Counted from the stretch's first letter, positions 45,830-55,877 are shown. The stretch is DNA of 64,000 bases from an uncultured Chloroflexia bacterium (GCA_963766735.1 CAVYBU010000007.1:160001-224000); one strand, 5' to 3'. Notes: generated from the letters alone by a model not told the origin. Made by a program: numbers and translations.

Positions 45830-46351
45830 TTATGGCACGCGCTCGGTCCGAGGACCTTGACCTGCCGACAATGCCGCGCGCAGAGAGATCGCGGCCTCTG
45901 CCGGAAGCATCCGCGAGACGTCCCCGCCGAACAGGGCGATCTCCTTCACCAGGCTCGAGCTCACGTACGAGTGCTCGAGCGAGGTCATGAAGAACACGGT
46001 GTCCACGTCCGGGGCCAGCTGGTGGTTGTTGTGGGCAAGCTGGAGCTCGGTCTCGAAGTCCGCGATGGCCCGCAGGCCGCGGACCAGGAACCCGGCCCCC
46101 ACGGTGTGGCAGAAGTCCACGGTCAGCCCGTCAAAGGTGCGCACCTCAACGCGGCCGGCCAGTGCCGGCTCCAGCGCAATCGCGCGTCCGATGACGTCCA
46201 CGCGCGTCGTCGTGTCCATCAGCGGGCTCTTGCGCGGGTTGGCGAGGACGGCCACCACCACGCGATCGAACACGCGGGCGGCCCGGCGCACGACGTCCAG
46301 GTGGCCGTTGGTGATGGGATCGAACGAGCCCGGGTAGACCGCGACCTTCAC
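45830..46351 (-). CDS. coaD: Pantetheine-phosphate adenylyltransferase
   Basis: YPGSFDPITNGHLD, VRGLR..DFETE, VSSSLVKE; GTGA overlap with rsmD. Confidence 0.97.
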   Translation of the reverse strand: MKVAVYPGSFDPITNGHLDVVRRAARVFDRVVVAVLANPRKSPLMDTTTRVDVIGRAIALEPALAGRVEVRTFDGLTVDFCHTVGAGFLVRGLRAIADFETELQLAHNNHQLAPDVDTVFFMTSLEHSYVSSSLVKEIALFGGDVSRMLPAEAAISLRAALSAGQGPRTERVP

Positions 46352-46962
46352 GTCTCGCTCGCCTCCTCGTCGCCGGACGATGCGCCCGGACCATCCGGCG
46401 ACCGCCGCCGGTAGAACGTGAGCGACGTCTCTCCGAAGCGTCGCTCCCTCACCGATGCTAACAGCCCCATCGTGGACGGCGGAGCATCCCTCCAGAAGTG
46501 TTTCGCGACGACGACGCCGTCCTGGCTCGTATGCGTCCCGACCAGCTCCAGGGCCCGCTCGAGCGCTGCGCTGTCCGCGTACGGCGGATCCAGGAGGACC
46601 AGATCGAATGGGCCGTCGACGGCGGCTCCGGCCGGGTCCATGAGCCAGGCGACCGCGTCGCGCCGCACGACGCGGCCCGAACCGTCGAGGCGGGTCCGTC
46701 GGAGGTTCCCCGCCAGGACCCGCGCGGCGCCGGCGTCCTTCTCCACGAAGACTGCCCGGGCGGCGCCGCGCGAGAGCGCCTCGATGCCACCGGCCCCGCT
46801 GCCAGCGAACAGGTCGAGGACGACGGCGCCCGGGATGTCCGGCTGGAGCACGGCGAACAGAGTCTGCTTCACGCGATCGGCCAGCGGGCGAGTCCCAGGC
46901 CCCGGCGCGGCCAGGCGGACGCCCTTGGCGGTGCCCGCGATGACGCGTCCCGCGTCCGACAT
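46348..46962 (-). CDS. rsmD: 16S rRNA m2G966 methyltransferase
   Basis: RVIAGTAKG, TRP..DRVK, LDLFAGSG, LDPPY. Confidence 0.95.
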   Translation of the reverse strand: MSDAGRVIAGTAKGVRLAAPGPGTRPLADRVKQTLFAVLQPDIPGAVVLDLFAGSGAGGIEALSRGAARAVFVEKDAGAARVLAGNLRRTRLDGSGRVVRRDAVAWLMDPAGAAVDGPFDLVLLDPPYADSAALERALELVGTHTSQDGVVVAKHFWRDAPPSTMGLLASVRERRFGETSLTFYRRRSPDGPGASSGDEEASET

Positions 46963-46964
46963 GA

Positions 46965-49247
46965 TCAGGCCGCGCTCGCCGGGTCGCCGGCATGGACGCG
47001 CTGCAGCCAGCCGGTCTCGAGCTCCGCGCGCAGCTCCGGCGCGTTGTCCGGCACTTCGCCGCCCTCGCCCACGAGATCCTCCGCATAGGAGCGGGCTCGC
47101 GTCGCAAGGTCCCGGTGTTCCGGGTTGGCAAGGGTCGCCACCCGGAGCCTGGGCAGACCGCTCTGCGCGAGCCCCAGGACATCACCCTCGCGGCGTAGCT
47201 CGAAATCGCGCTCGGCCAGCTCGAACCCGTCGGTCGTGGCCACGACCGCCCGGAGGCGCTCATGCTCGGTCGTGCCCTCGGCCACATCGCTGACGAGGAC
47301 GCAGTACGAGGCCGAGGTCCCCCGCCCCACCCGGCCCCGGAGCTGGTGGAGCTGCGCCAGACCAAAGCGCTCCGCGCCCTCGATGATCATGACCGTTGCC
47401 TCGGCAACGTCCACGCCCACCTCGACGACGGTCGTCCCGACGAGCACGTCGAGGTCGCCATCACGGAAGCGGCCCATCTCGGCGTCCCGATCCGCGGCCT
47501 TGAGACGGCCGTGGACCAGGCCCACGCGGAGCGGAGCCAGGAGCCCCGTCAGCCGCTCGAACTCCGCCTCGGCCGCTGCGGCCCAGACCGTCTCCGCGTC
47601 CTCGTCCGGCAGCTCGTCGTCGCCGGCGAAGCCGTCTTCCTCGTCCGTCTCGGCGCCCGTCTTCGCCGCCGGTCCGATCCGGGGCACCACGACGAACGTC
47701 CTGTGGCCCGCGTCCTTCTCGTTCCGCACCAGCTCCCATGTCTTCCCCAGCTGGTCCGGACGGCGGATCCCGGTCCCGATGGCGATGCGACCCTCCGGGG
47801 ACATCCGCAGGGTCGAGACCTCGAGGTCCGCGTAGAGGACCTGTCCGAGGGTGCGTGGGATCGGCGTCGCCGTCATCAGGAGCACGTGGGGGGCGCCCCG
47901 CACCGCCTTTGCCTCCAGCGCACCGCGCTGCTCGACACCGAACCGGTGCTGCTCGTCCACGACGGCCAGCGCGAGATCAGCGAAGGACACTGCTTCCTGG
48001 AACAGCGCGTGCGTCCCCACCACGATGGGCGCCTGACCGGACGCGATCGCCTGTCCGGCCTTGCGCCGGCCCTCTCCGCTGAGCGACCCCGTGAGGAGCG
48101 TGACCGGGAGCGCCAGGTCCTCGAGGAGGTCTGCCAGCGTCGCCGCGTGCTGCCGCGCGAGGAGGTCGGTGGGCGCCAGCAGCGCGGCCTGACGCCCCGC
48201 GAGCGCCGCCGCCGCCAGCGCCCAGGCGGCCACGGCCGTCTTGCCGGACCCGACGTCGCCCTGGACCAGCCGCAGCATCGGGACTGGACGGGCCAGGTCC
48301 ATGCGGATCTCGTCGATGGCGATCACCTGGTCGGTGGTGAGGGCGACCTCCCGACCGAGCTTGCGCGAGAGCGACGCGGTGAGCGCGTCCCGGATCCGCC
48401 GATCGGGCGCCTGGTCAACCGGGAGCGGCACGGTTGTCGCCCGGCCACGGGCGCGGCGTCGCGCCACCATGCCGACCTGCAGTGCAAGCAGCTCGTCGAA
48501 GGCCAGCCGGCGAAGAGCGCGATCCCGGACGTCGAAGTCCGTCGGGTAGTGCGCGGCCTCGAGCGCCTCGGCGATCCCCGGCAGCCCCTCACCGGCCCGG
48601 ATCGCTTCGGGCAGGTACTCCGGGTACGCGTGGCCGGCGCGGTCGAGCGCCTCCCGCATTGCCTGGCGGAGACGGGTGGCCGTCAGGCCGCGGGTCAGCC
48701 GGTAGACCGGCACGATCCGGCCGGCATGGAGCAGGGTCGCGGCATCGGCCGGCTGGAATTCCGGGCCCTCGAAGATGAGCCCGAAGCCGCGGTGCTTGAC
48801 CTTCCCCGACAGCAGCAGCTCGTCCCCGGGGTGGACGCGTCGCTCGATGAAGCGCCGCCCGAACCACGTCGCCTCCGCAGTACCGGTCTCGTCCGCCAGC
48901 TGGGCCGTCGTGATCTGCACGTTCCGGCGCCACGTCTTCTGGACCCTGATCGCCGTCACCGTGGCCCGTGCCGACACCACGGTGCCGTCCGGGACGCCGT
49001 ACAGATCGCCCAGCATCCGCAGCTCGCGGAGATCGTCGTACCGCCGGGGCAGGTGGAACAGGAGGTCCCGCACCGTCTCCAGGCCCAGGTGGCGACCCGT
49101 CCGGCGGAGGACGGCCGCCGCCCCCAGCCCCGACTGCCCCAGGCCGAGGTCGAGCCTGGCGACGGGGTCCACCGGGATCGCAGCCCCGGCTTTCGGCCGG
49201 AGCGAGCGGCCGCCGCGCGCGGATACGGGCCGCCTGCGCTCGCTCAC
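46965..49247 (-). CDS. recG: ATP-dependent DNA helicase RecG
   Basis: PRRYDD, QGDVGSGKT, DEQHRFGV, TATPIPRT, QLHQLRGRVGRG, DGFELAERD. Confidence 0.97.
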   Translation of the reverse strand: MSERRRPVSARGGRSLRPKAGAAIPVDPVARLDLGLGQSGLGAAAVLRRTGRHLGLETVRDLLFHLPRRYDDLRELRMLGDLYGVPDGTVVSARATVTAIRVQKTWRRNVQITTAQLADETGTAEATWFGRRFIERRVHPGDELLLSGKVKHRGFGLIFEGPEFQPADAATLLHAGRIVPVYRLTRGLTATRLRQAMREALDRAGHAYPEYLPEAIRAGEGLPGIAEALEAAHYPTDFDVRDRALRRLAFDELLALQVGMVARRRARGRATTVPLPVDQAPDRRIRDALTASLSRKLGREVALTTDQVIAIDEIRMDLARPVPMLRLVQGDVGSGKTAVAAWALAAAALAGRQAALLAPTDLLARQHAATLADLLEDLALPVTLLTGSLSGEGRRKAGQAIASGQAPIVVGTHALFQEAVSFADLALAVVDEQHRFGVEQRGALEAKAVRGAPHVLLMTATPIPRTLGQVLYADLEVSTLRMSPEGRIAIGTGIRRPDQLGKTWELVRNEKDAGHRTFVVVPRIGPAAKTGAETDEEDGFAGDDELPDEDAETVWAAAAEAEFERLTGLLAPLRVGLVHGRLKAADRDAEMGRFRDGDLDVLVGTTVVEVGVDVAEATVMIIEGAERFGLAQLHQLRGRVGRGTSASYCVLVSDVAEGTTEHERLRAVVATTDGFELAERDFELRREGDVLGLAQSGLPRLRVATLANPEHRDLATRARSYAEDLVGEGGEVPDNAPELRAELETGWLQRVHAGDPASAA

Positions 49248-50983
49248 TCGGCCGAGATCAGGTACCGGTAGTGAGGCTGGCCGCCGTGGACCACCTCAAC
49301 GTCCACGCCGGGTGTCGCCTCTCGGACCCTGAGCGCGATCGTCTCCGCGTCATCAAGCGTGGCGTCCTCGCCGTAGTAGATCGTCACCAGCCCGTAGCCG
49401 GGATCCAGCCTGCTGAGCCCGGCCATGACGGCCCGCTGGGTATCACCGTCCACAGCGAGGAGGCCATCGTCCGGGTCCAGAACGATCGTCTGCCCGTGCT
49501 TGACCTTGCGCCCGGACACCGTGGCGTCGCGCACGGCCTCGGTGACCTGCATGGTCTGGATCTCGCGACTCGCCCGCGCCATGGCAGCGGCATTCGCGTC
49601 CGCGCCTTGCACGGGATCCAGCTCGAACAGCGCGGCGACCCCCTCGGCGCAGTTGCGCGTGGGCACGACGAGGACGGGTCGGTCGGTCATGCCCGCGACC
49701 TGGCGCGCGGCGAGGATCACGTTGGGGTTGTTGGGCAGGATGATCAACGCGTCGGCCTGGGTGGACGTGATGGCCTCCAGTAGCTCGCCCGTGGACGGGT
49801 TGGCGCTCTGGCCGCCGCGCACGACCCGGAACGCGCCGTATTCGCGGAAGGGCGCGGCGGTGTCGGCGAGAACCGCCGCGAGGCCGTCCGAGGGCGCGAC
49901 CGCCACCACGCCCAGCGCCAGCCGGGTGGCCGGCGCCCCCGGCTCGCCCTTGTCGCCAAGTGCCACGGCGCCCGGACCCACGCCGACCAGGGGCTCGCCG
50001 CCCCGCGCTCCGACGAACGCGGCTGCCTTCGCCTCCCGCACGTCGTGGGCCTGGCCGTCCAGGTTCTCGATCGTGATCCGGGACAGATGGCCAACACCGA
50101 TGCCGTAGGCGATCACGGCGTCGGGCCGGTCGTTGTGGACATGGATCTTGACCATGTGCGCATCACCGGCGACGAGGACCGACTCCCCGATCGTCTCGAG
50201 GTGTGCCTGTATCGCCGGGACGTCCAGCGGATGGCCCGACCTCGCCCTCAGCAGGTACACCGTCTCGTAGCCAAACGCGGTCTCCTCGACCGCGGGCGCG
50301 CCGCCGTGATCCGGCCTGATCCGAGCCCCGGTCCCGACCGGTCGCGCGCCATCGGCGAACGGGCGCCCACGGGCAGCCTCCAGCGCGCCCTGGAACAGTC
50401 GGAACAGGCCCTGCCCGCCGGCGTCCACGACGTTGGACTCGCGCAGGATCGGCAGCAGCGACGGCGTCTTCGCCACGGATCGCTCGGCCGCTTCGACGAT
50501 GGCGGCGAGCACGCTCTCGACGTTGTTGTCCCGCTCGGCGGCGACGACCGCGGCTGCGCTCGACTCCCGGATGACCGTGAGGATGGTGCCCTCGACGGGC
50601 TTGGCAACCGCCTTGTAGGCCTGCTTGGTGCCCAGGTCGAGCGCGTGAGCCAGGTCCAGGCCGTTGAACCGGCGTTTGCCCGCGAGCCCATGCGCCATCC
50701 CCTGGAGGATCTGGCTGGTGATGACACCCGAGTTACCGCGGGCGCCCATCAGCGCGCCGAAGCTGGCTGCCTGGGCGACGCGCTCGGCGTCCGCACCCGG
50801 CCCGGCCTTCTCGGCCTCCTCGAGCGCCGCCCGGACAGTGGCGACCATGTTGGTGCCCGTGTCCCCGTCCGGAACCGGAAACACGTTGAGCGCGTTGATC
50901 TCCTCGACATCGGCCTCGATGCTGGCAACGGCGCTCCGGAACGCGGCGAGGAAGCCGGCGCCGTCGCAGGAGCGGCGGGCCAT
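49244..50983 (-). CDS. fakA: DAK2-domain fatty acid kinase subunit FakA (YloV)
   Basis: INALNVFPVPDGDTGTNM, GARGNSGVI, KPVEGTILTV, HVH, GGQSANPS, GGQPHY. Confidence 0.92.
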   Translation of the reverse strand: MARRSCDGAGFLAAFRSAVASIEADVEEINALNVFPVPDGDTGTNMVATVRAALEEAEKAGPGADAERVAQAASFGALMGARGNSGVITSQILQGMAHGLAGKRRFNGLDLAHALDLGTKQAYKAVAKPVEGTILTVIRESSAAAVVAAERDNNVESVLAAIVEAAERSVAKTPSLLPILRESNVVDAGGQGLFRLFQGALEAARGRPFADGARPVGTGARIRPDHGGAPAVEETAFGYETVYLLRARSGHPLDVPAIQAHLETIGESVLVAGDAHMVKIHVHNDRPDAVIAYGIGVGHLSRITIENLDGQAHDVREAKAAAFVGARGGEPLVGVGPGAVALGDKGEPGAPATRLALGVVAVAPSDGLAAVLADTAAPFREYGAFRVVRGGQSANPSTGELLEAITSTQADALIILPNNPNVILAARQVAGMTDRPVLVVPTRNCAEGVAALFELDPVQGADANAAAMARASREIQTMQVTEAVRDATVSGRKVKHGQTIVLDPDDGLLAVDGDTQRAVMAGLSRLDPGYGLVTIYYGEDATLDDAETIALRVREATPGVDVEVVHGGQPHYRYLISAE

Positions 50984-51405
50984 CAGGCCACGTCCGTCCC
51001 GCTGTCTGCCAGGTCACCCGGACGCGGCTCGCCATCGTGTGCAGGCTCGGGTGCGGGGGCGAGGCCGTGCTCGTGGCGGAGCTTCCCGATGCGGATGGAG
51101 ACGCGGTCCGGCTCCCGCTGCAGGGCGTGGCGAAGGGTGTATCGGACCGATGCCTCAACCTGCCGCGCGACCTCGGCGATCGGCAGGCCATGGGCAACGG
51201 TGAGGCGCAGGTCGACCGTGAGCTCCGGCTCGACCTCGAGGCGGAGTCCGGGCTGGGCGAGGCTCATCCGGTTGAGCAGGCGGCCCACGGGACCCCCGTC
51301 GGCGAAGCCCGAGACACCGTACACAGAGAGAACGGCGACACGGACGAGGTCGCGGATGGCTCGCCTCGAGACAAGCGAACGGCCGGGCATCGGATCTGCG
51401 GTCAC
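50983..51405 (-). CDS. Asp23/Gls24 family protein (YloU-like)
   Basis: VSRRAIRDLV..AVLSVYGV...GLPIAEVARQV...VRY; rpmB-yloU-fakA-recG gene order; start approximate. Confidence 0.8.
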   Translation of the reverse strand: MTADPMPGRSLVSRRAIRDLVRVAVLSVYGVSGFADGGPVGRLLNRMSLAQPGLRLEVEPELTVDLRLTVAHGLPIAEVARQVEASVRYTLRHALQREPDRVSIRIGKLRHEHGLAPAPEPAHDGEPRPGDLADSGTDVA

Positions 51406-51568
51406 GTGGGCCACGTCCTCCTCGCGGGCGCGGCGTCCGGTGGTCCTGGGCCGCGACAATCGCTCCCGGAATCGGACCGGAAAGCGTGTGCTACGATACC
51501 ACCCCGTTCGCGCCGGACCCTTCCGGCGTGCGCTTGTGTCCTGCATCTTTCGAGGATCGAACCAGACC

Positions 51569-51769
51569 ATGGCTCGTGCTTGCGTCATCTGCGGCAAGGC
51601 ATCGATTGGCGGCTTCAACCAGCAGTCGTCGGGCATGAACCGCGTTCGCGCCCATCGCCGCCTCCTGCCGAACCTCCAGGTCACGACGATGCCCGCGAAG
51701 AACGGCGGCACCGAGAAGGTGCTCGCCTGCACTCGCTGCCGTCGAACCCTGACCAAGAGCGCCCGCTAG
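51569..51769 (+). CDS. rpmB: 50S ribosomal protein L28
   Basis: MARACVICGK...RRLLPNLQ...CTRCRRT; extended -10 TGcTACGAT at 51489-51497. Confidence 0.93.
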   Translation: MARACVICGKASIGGFNQQSSGMNRVRAHRRLLPNLQVTTMPAKNGGTEKVLACTRCRRTLTKSAR

Positions 51770-51897
51770 ACCCCCTGCTGGGTTTCGGCGGAGACCGGTC
51801 GCGATCGTTGCGGCCGGTCTCTTGTCTGTCCGGGGCAGGTCGACGCGGCCGATGACGTCCCGGCCGCCGTGTCGCGCCCGCGCCGGTCGTCTCGCCC

Positions 51898-52350
51898 TCA
51901 GGTCTGGCGTTCCGCCGTGTCGAGCCAGATGGTGAACGGTCCGTCATTGACCAGCTCCACGGCCATCTCCGCCCCGAACTCGCCGAGGCCCACGCGGACG
52001 CCCTGCGCCTCGATCCCGGCCGCGACGCGTCGCCACAGCGCCTGTGCGAGGTCCGGCGGGGCCGCCCCGCTGAACCCCGGGCGTCGGCCGCGGCGGGTGT
52101 CTGCGTAGAGCGTGAACTGGCTGACAAGAAGCACTTCACCGCCGGCGTCCAGGAGCGAACGGTTCGTCCGCCCCTCGTCGTCAGCGAAGATGCGCAGCTC
52201 GCAGATCCTCCTCGCCAGCGCGTCCGCGATCTCCTCGTCGTCTCCGTGACCCACGCCCAGGAGGACGAGCAGCCCGGATCCGACCGAGCCGACGGCTGCG
52301 CCGTCCACTCGCACCTCCGCGCGGCTGACGCGCTGCAACAGGGCCCGCAT
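51898..52350 (-). CDS. dtd: D-aminoacyl-tRNA deacylase
   Basis: MRALLQRV, VSQFTL, NDGPFT (Gly-cisPro motif). Confidence 0.96.
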   Translation of the reverse strand: MRALLQRVSRAEVRVDGAAVGSVGSGLLVLLGVGHGDDEEIADALARRICELRIFADDEGRTNRSLLDAGGEVLLVSQFTLYADTRRGRRPGFSGAAPPDLAQALWRRVAAGIEAQGVRVGLGEFGAEMAVELVNDGPFTIWLDTAERQT

Positions 52351-52360
52351 CGGCGGCCCG

Positions 52361-53071
52361 TCAGGCCCCGGCTGCGGCGCGCGCCGCCCCGGCGATCGCC
52401 CTGATCCGCTCGACCTCCACGGCCATGTCCGGAGCCCGGTAGAGCGCGGACCCGGCGACAATGACGTCGGTCCCACCTCGCCCGATGATCTCTGCCGTCT
52501 CCGCGCGGCCGCCGCCGTCCACCTGGACCTCCGATGCGCCCGCCGGGTCCAGCCAGGCCCGTGCCGCGGCCAGCTTCGCCTCCGCCACGTCCCGCATGAA
52601 CGACTGGCCACCGAAGCCGGGCTCAACGGTCATCACGAGGATGATGTCGAGCAGGTCCCGGAACGAGTCGAGCGACGCCAGCGGCGTGCCGGGCTTGACC
52701 GACAGGCCTGCGGACCGGCCGGCCTCCCGGATCCGGACCAGGGCCGGCCGGACCTGGGACGCGTCAACCTCCACGTGGAAGGTGATCGAGTCGCAGCCCG
52801 CATCCAGGAACTGCTCCGTCCAGCGGCCGGGCTCCCAGATCATCAGGTGGGCATCGAACGGGAGGGTGGTCGCGCGCCTGACGGCCTCGATGGTCTTCCA
52901 GCCGAACGTGATGTTGGGGACGAAGCGGCCGTCCATGACGTCCAGGTGGATCCGATCCGCGCCGGCCGCCTCGGCGCGCCTGATCTCATCGCCGAGGGCG
53001 CCGAGGTCCGCGTCAAGGATGCTCGCCGCGACGAGCACGCCCGCGGGTCGCCTGCTGGTCACGGCCGTCAC
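52361..53071 (-). CDS. rpe: Ribulose-phosphate 3-epimerase
   Basis: HLDVMDGRFVPNIT, DAHLM, MTVEPGFGGQ, VDGG. Confidence 0.96.
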   Translation of the reverse strand: MTAVTSRRPAGVLVAASILDADLGALGDEIRRAEAAGADRIHLDVMDGRFVPNITFGWKTIEAVRRATTLPFDAHLMIWEPGRWTEQFLDAGCDSITFHVEVDASQVRPALVRIREAGRSAGLSVKPGTPLASLDSFRDLLDIILVMTVEPGFGGQSFMRDVAEAKLAAARAWLDPAGASEVQVDGGGRAETAEIIGRGGTDVIVAGSALYRAPDMAVEVERIRAIAGAARAAAGA

Positions 53072-54312
53072 TCCTCCCCCAGTCCGGCCGGCGCGGGGTC
53101 GTGGCTCCGCTCACCACGCAGCGCCGCCGCGCTCTCGGCCACGAGGCGTTCCCGCCGTCTCTGGACGACGATGGGGGCGGTCTGGCCCGCATGCTCCGCC
53201 GCGAGCTGGCCGCACGCAGCCCCGATCTCGGTGCCGCGGTTGAACCGGATCGTCGTGGCGATGCCGGCCGCCGTGAGGCGCCCGGCGAAGCGCTCGACAA
53301 CCGGCAGGGGCGTGCCGGTCCACGGGGTGTGTGCCACCTGGTTCATCGGGATCAGGTTCACATGCGCGTGCGCGCCGCGGAGGAGCCCCGCGAGGGCATC
53401 CGCATCGACATCGGTGTCGTTGATCCCGTCGATCATCGTGACCTCGTAGGTCACCCGACGGCCCGTCCTCTGCGCGTGATCGCCCGCCGCCTCGACCACC
53501 TCCTCCACCGGCCAGCGACGGTTGAGCGGCACGAGGACGTCCCGCAGCGCGTTGCGTGCCGCGTGAAGGCTGACGGCCAGCGTGAACTGCGGCCCGAGTG
53601 ACGTCAGGTGCCGGATCCCGGGCACCACGCCCGACGTGGACACCGTGATGTGGCGGGCGCCGAGGCCGAAGCGCTTCGGATCGTTGAGCGCGGCGATGGA
53701 TTCGAGCACCCGATCGAGGTTGAGAAGCGGCTCGCCCATGCCCATGAACACGATGTTGGTCAGGTGCTTCCCGTCCGCGGCCAGGCGCCGGGCCGCGTGG
53801 CGCACCTGGTCCACGATCTCCGCCGTCTCCAGGTCGCGCTCCATGCCCAGCTCGCCCGTGGCGCAGAACGGGCAGCCCACGGCGCACCCCGCCTGGGATG
53901 AGATGCACAGCGTGTGGCGCTCCCGGCTCCCCTCGCGGGCCGGGTAGTGCATCAGCACCGACTCGATGAGCAACCCGTCGGAGAGGCGGTGCAGTGCCTT
54001 CTCGGTCAGGCCGCCGTCCGTGACCCGGACCTCGGTCTCGGTCATCGTGTCGAACCGGAATGCACCGTCGAGGGACGGGCGGAGGGCGGCAGGCAGGGTC
54101 AGGATCTCGTCGAAGCTCGTCTGGCGGCCTCGCCACGCTGCGTCCTGCACCTGGCTGGCGCGGTACCCGGGCTCTCCGTGCGCGGTGAACCAGGACACCA
54201 GGTCTGCCGGGAGCACACCGGCCACGCCTGGACGTTCGTCGCGGGGACGGCTGGCGGACGGGGCGGGCCGCAGGCCATACCCGGGGAGGTTCGTCGGCCG
54301 GGGTTCGATCAT
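53068..54312 (-). CDS. rlmN: Dual-specificity RNA methyltransferase RlmN
   Basis: CISSQAGCAVGCPFCATG, FMGMGEP, VSLHA, AACGQL. Confidence 0.96.
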   Translation of the reverse strand: MIEPRPTNLPGYGLRPAPSASRPRDERPGVAGVLPADLVSWFTAHGEPGYRASQVQDAAWRGRQTSFDEILTLPAALRPSLDGAFRFDTMTETEVRVTDGGLTEKALHRLSDGLLIESVLMHYPAREGSRERHTLCISSQAGCAVGCPFCATGELGMERDLETAEIVDQVRHAARRLAADGKHLTNIVFMGMGEPLLNLDRVLESIAALNDPKRFGLGARHITVSTSGVVPGIRHLTSLGPQFTLAVSLHAARNALRDVLVPLNRRWPVEEVVEAAGDHAQRTGRRVTYEVTMIDGINDTDVDADALAGLLRGAHAHVNLIPMNQVAHTPWTGTPLPVVERFAGRLTAAGIATTIRFNRGTEIGAACGQLAAEHAGQTAPIVVQRRRERLVAESAAALRGERSHDPAPAGLGEE

Positions 54313-55283
54313 CCGGACGATTCTGACACGGCCGCCGGATGGGCAGGCGCCCGCCGGCCGCGCAGGTAGTCGGCCCCGGACATCGACCGCCTCCCCGTCG
54401 GCGTGACTGCCTCCAGCACGAGCCGCCCATCGGCGGTCGCGAGCGCGGGCAGGTCGCCGTGGCGAACGATGCTCCCGGAGACATCGCCCGGCTCCGAGGC
54501 AGCCGTTGAGGCCGCGGTCACGACCAGCCGCTCCCCGGCCGTCTCCAGGAACGTGCCCGGCCACGGAAGATATGCCCTGACCTGCCGCTCCAGAACGATG
54601 GCCGGCATCGAGGCGTCCAGGCGCCCGTCCTCCCGGCGGAGCGGCCGGGTGAGCGTCATGCCGTCGCTGGGCTGGGGCCGCGCCACCAGCGTCCCCGCGA
54701 GCCAGGCGTCCAGCGACCGGAGCAGCAGCCCGGCCGCCATCTCCGCCATTCGCGCCTCCAGCTCCGGGGCGGTCTCGTCCCCCGCCAGAGTCAGGCTCTC
54801 CTGCGCCACGATCGGTCCCGTGTCCAGGCCCGCGTCCATGCGCATGAGCGACACGGCCGTGGCGTCGTCGCCCGCCAGGATGGTCGCGGGCACGGGGGAG
54901 GCCCCTCGCCAGCGCGGGAGCGCGGATGGGTGGAGGTTCAGAGCCCCGTGTTCCAGCTCCAGCAGCGGCGAGGGCACGATCTGCCCGTAGTCGGCGAGCA
55001 CGATGAGACCCGGCCGGAGCGCCAGGACGGCCTCGATCGCTTCCGGGGCCCGCAGCAGGACGGGGGTCAGCACCGGCGTCACGCCCAGCCCTGACGCGAT
55101 GGTGTGGATCGGCGTCGAACCGAGCACCTGGCGGCGGCCGACCGGTCGATCGGGCGCGGTGACGATACCGACGATGTCGACCGAGGGGTGCGCGTGGAGA
55201 CCGCGCAGGGCCGGCGACCCAAAGGTGCCGCTGCCCAGGAAGACCGTTCGAACCCGCCTACCGTCCTCTGGACCGGGGGTCAC
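54309..55283 (-). CDS. fmt: Methionyl-tRNA formyltransferase
   Basis: PDRPVGR, YGQI, NLHPSALPRWRGASP, MDAGLDTG. Confidence 0.96.
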   Translation of the reverse strand: MTPGPEDGRRVRTVFLGSGTFGSPALRGLHAHPSVDIVGIVTAPDRPVGRRQVLGSTPIHTIASGLGVTPVLTPVLLRAPEAIEAVLALRPGLIVLADYGQIVPSPLLELEHGALNLHPSALPRWRGASPVPATILAGDDATAVSLMRMDAGLDTGPIVAQESLTLAGDETAPELEARMAEMAAGLLLRSLDAWLAGTLVARPQPSDGMTLTRPLRREDGRLDASMPAIVLERQVRAYLPWPGTFLETAGERLVVTAASTAASEPGDVSGSIVRHGDLPALATADGRLVLEAVTPTGRRSMSGADYLRGRRAPAHPAAVSESSG

Positions 55284-55804
55284 GCGAGCGCCCGCTGCGC
55301 CCCGCGGACGTCGGCGTCTTCGTCCTCGTCCTCGTCGCCCTGGCCCACGGGGATCAGCTCGTCCATCGTCTCCAGGTAGTCGATGTAGAGCTTGCCATCC
55401 AGGTGATCCAGCTCGTGCTGGAGTGCGCGTCCCAGAAGCCCGGAGCCGGCGACCTTGAACTTCTTGCCGACGCGGCTCTGGGCGACGACCCAGACCTTCT
55501 CCTTGCGGGTGACGTAGGCCACGTAGCCCGGGATGGACAGGCAGCCCTCGAGGTCACGGTCCTCCCCGTCGGAGCGGACGATCTTCGGGTTGACCAGCTC
55601 GTACAGGCGGCTCTCGACTTCGATGACGCAGGCACGCTGCGCCTCGCCCAGCTGCGGGGCCGCGAGGCCGACACCGGGCGCCGCGCGCATCGTGGCGGTC
55701 AGATCATCGAGGAGGGCGTGGAGGTACTTGCCGAAGCTGTCCACGGTCTCGCCCCGCAGACGGAGCCGCGGGTCGCCGAGCATGACGATGGGTCGAACGG
55801 TCAT
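55280..55804 (-). CDS. def: Peptide deformylase
   Basis: GVGLAAPQ, EGCLS, QHELDHLDG; ATG at 55804. Confidence 0.97.
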   Translation of the reverse strand: MTVRPIVMLGDPRLRLRGETVDSFGKYLHALLDDLTATMRAAPGVGLAAPQLGEAQRACVIEVESRLYELVNPKIVRSDGEDRDLEGCLSIPGYVAYVTRKEKVWVVAQSRVGKKFKVAGSGLLGRALQHELDHLDGKLYIDYLETMDELIPVGQGDEDEDEDADVRGAQRALA

Positions 55805-55810
55805 GGGCGG

Positions 55811-55816
55811 AGTATA
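55811..55816 (-). promoter_or_regulatory. -10 box TATACT 6 nt upstream of the def ATG, probable leaderless transcript
   Basis: Minus strand TATACT CCGCCC ATG; no SD. Confidence 0.6.
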
Positions 55817-55877
55817 CGAAACAACCGCCCGTGCCCCGGCGGGTGCGGGCGGTTGTCGCGATGGGAGCGGCCAGGGT

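Noticed and set aside
45830-47365. Apparent long fusions in the ORF track (511-aa coaD, 603-aa nusA, 300-aa rbfA, 574-aa rpmB, 530-aa ffh)
   Set aside because: The extensions are off-frame or antisense reads of neighbouring genes; homology and SD positions support the shorter starts.
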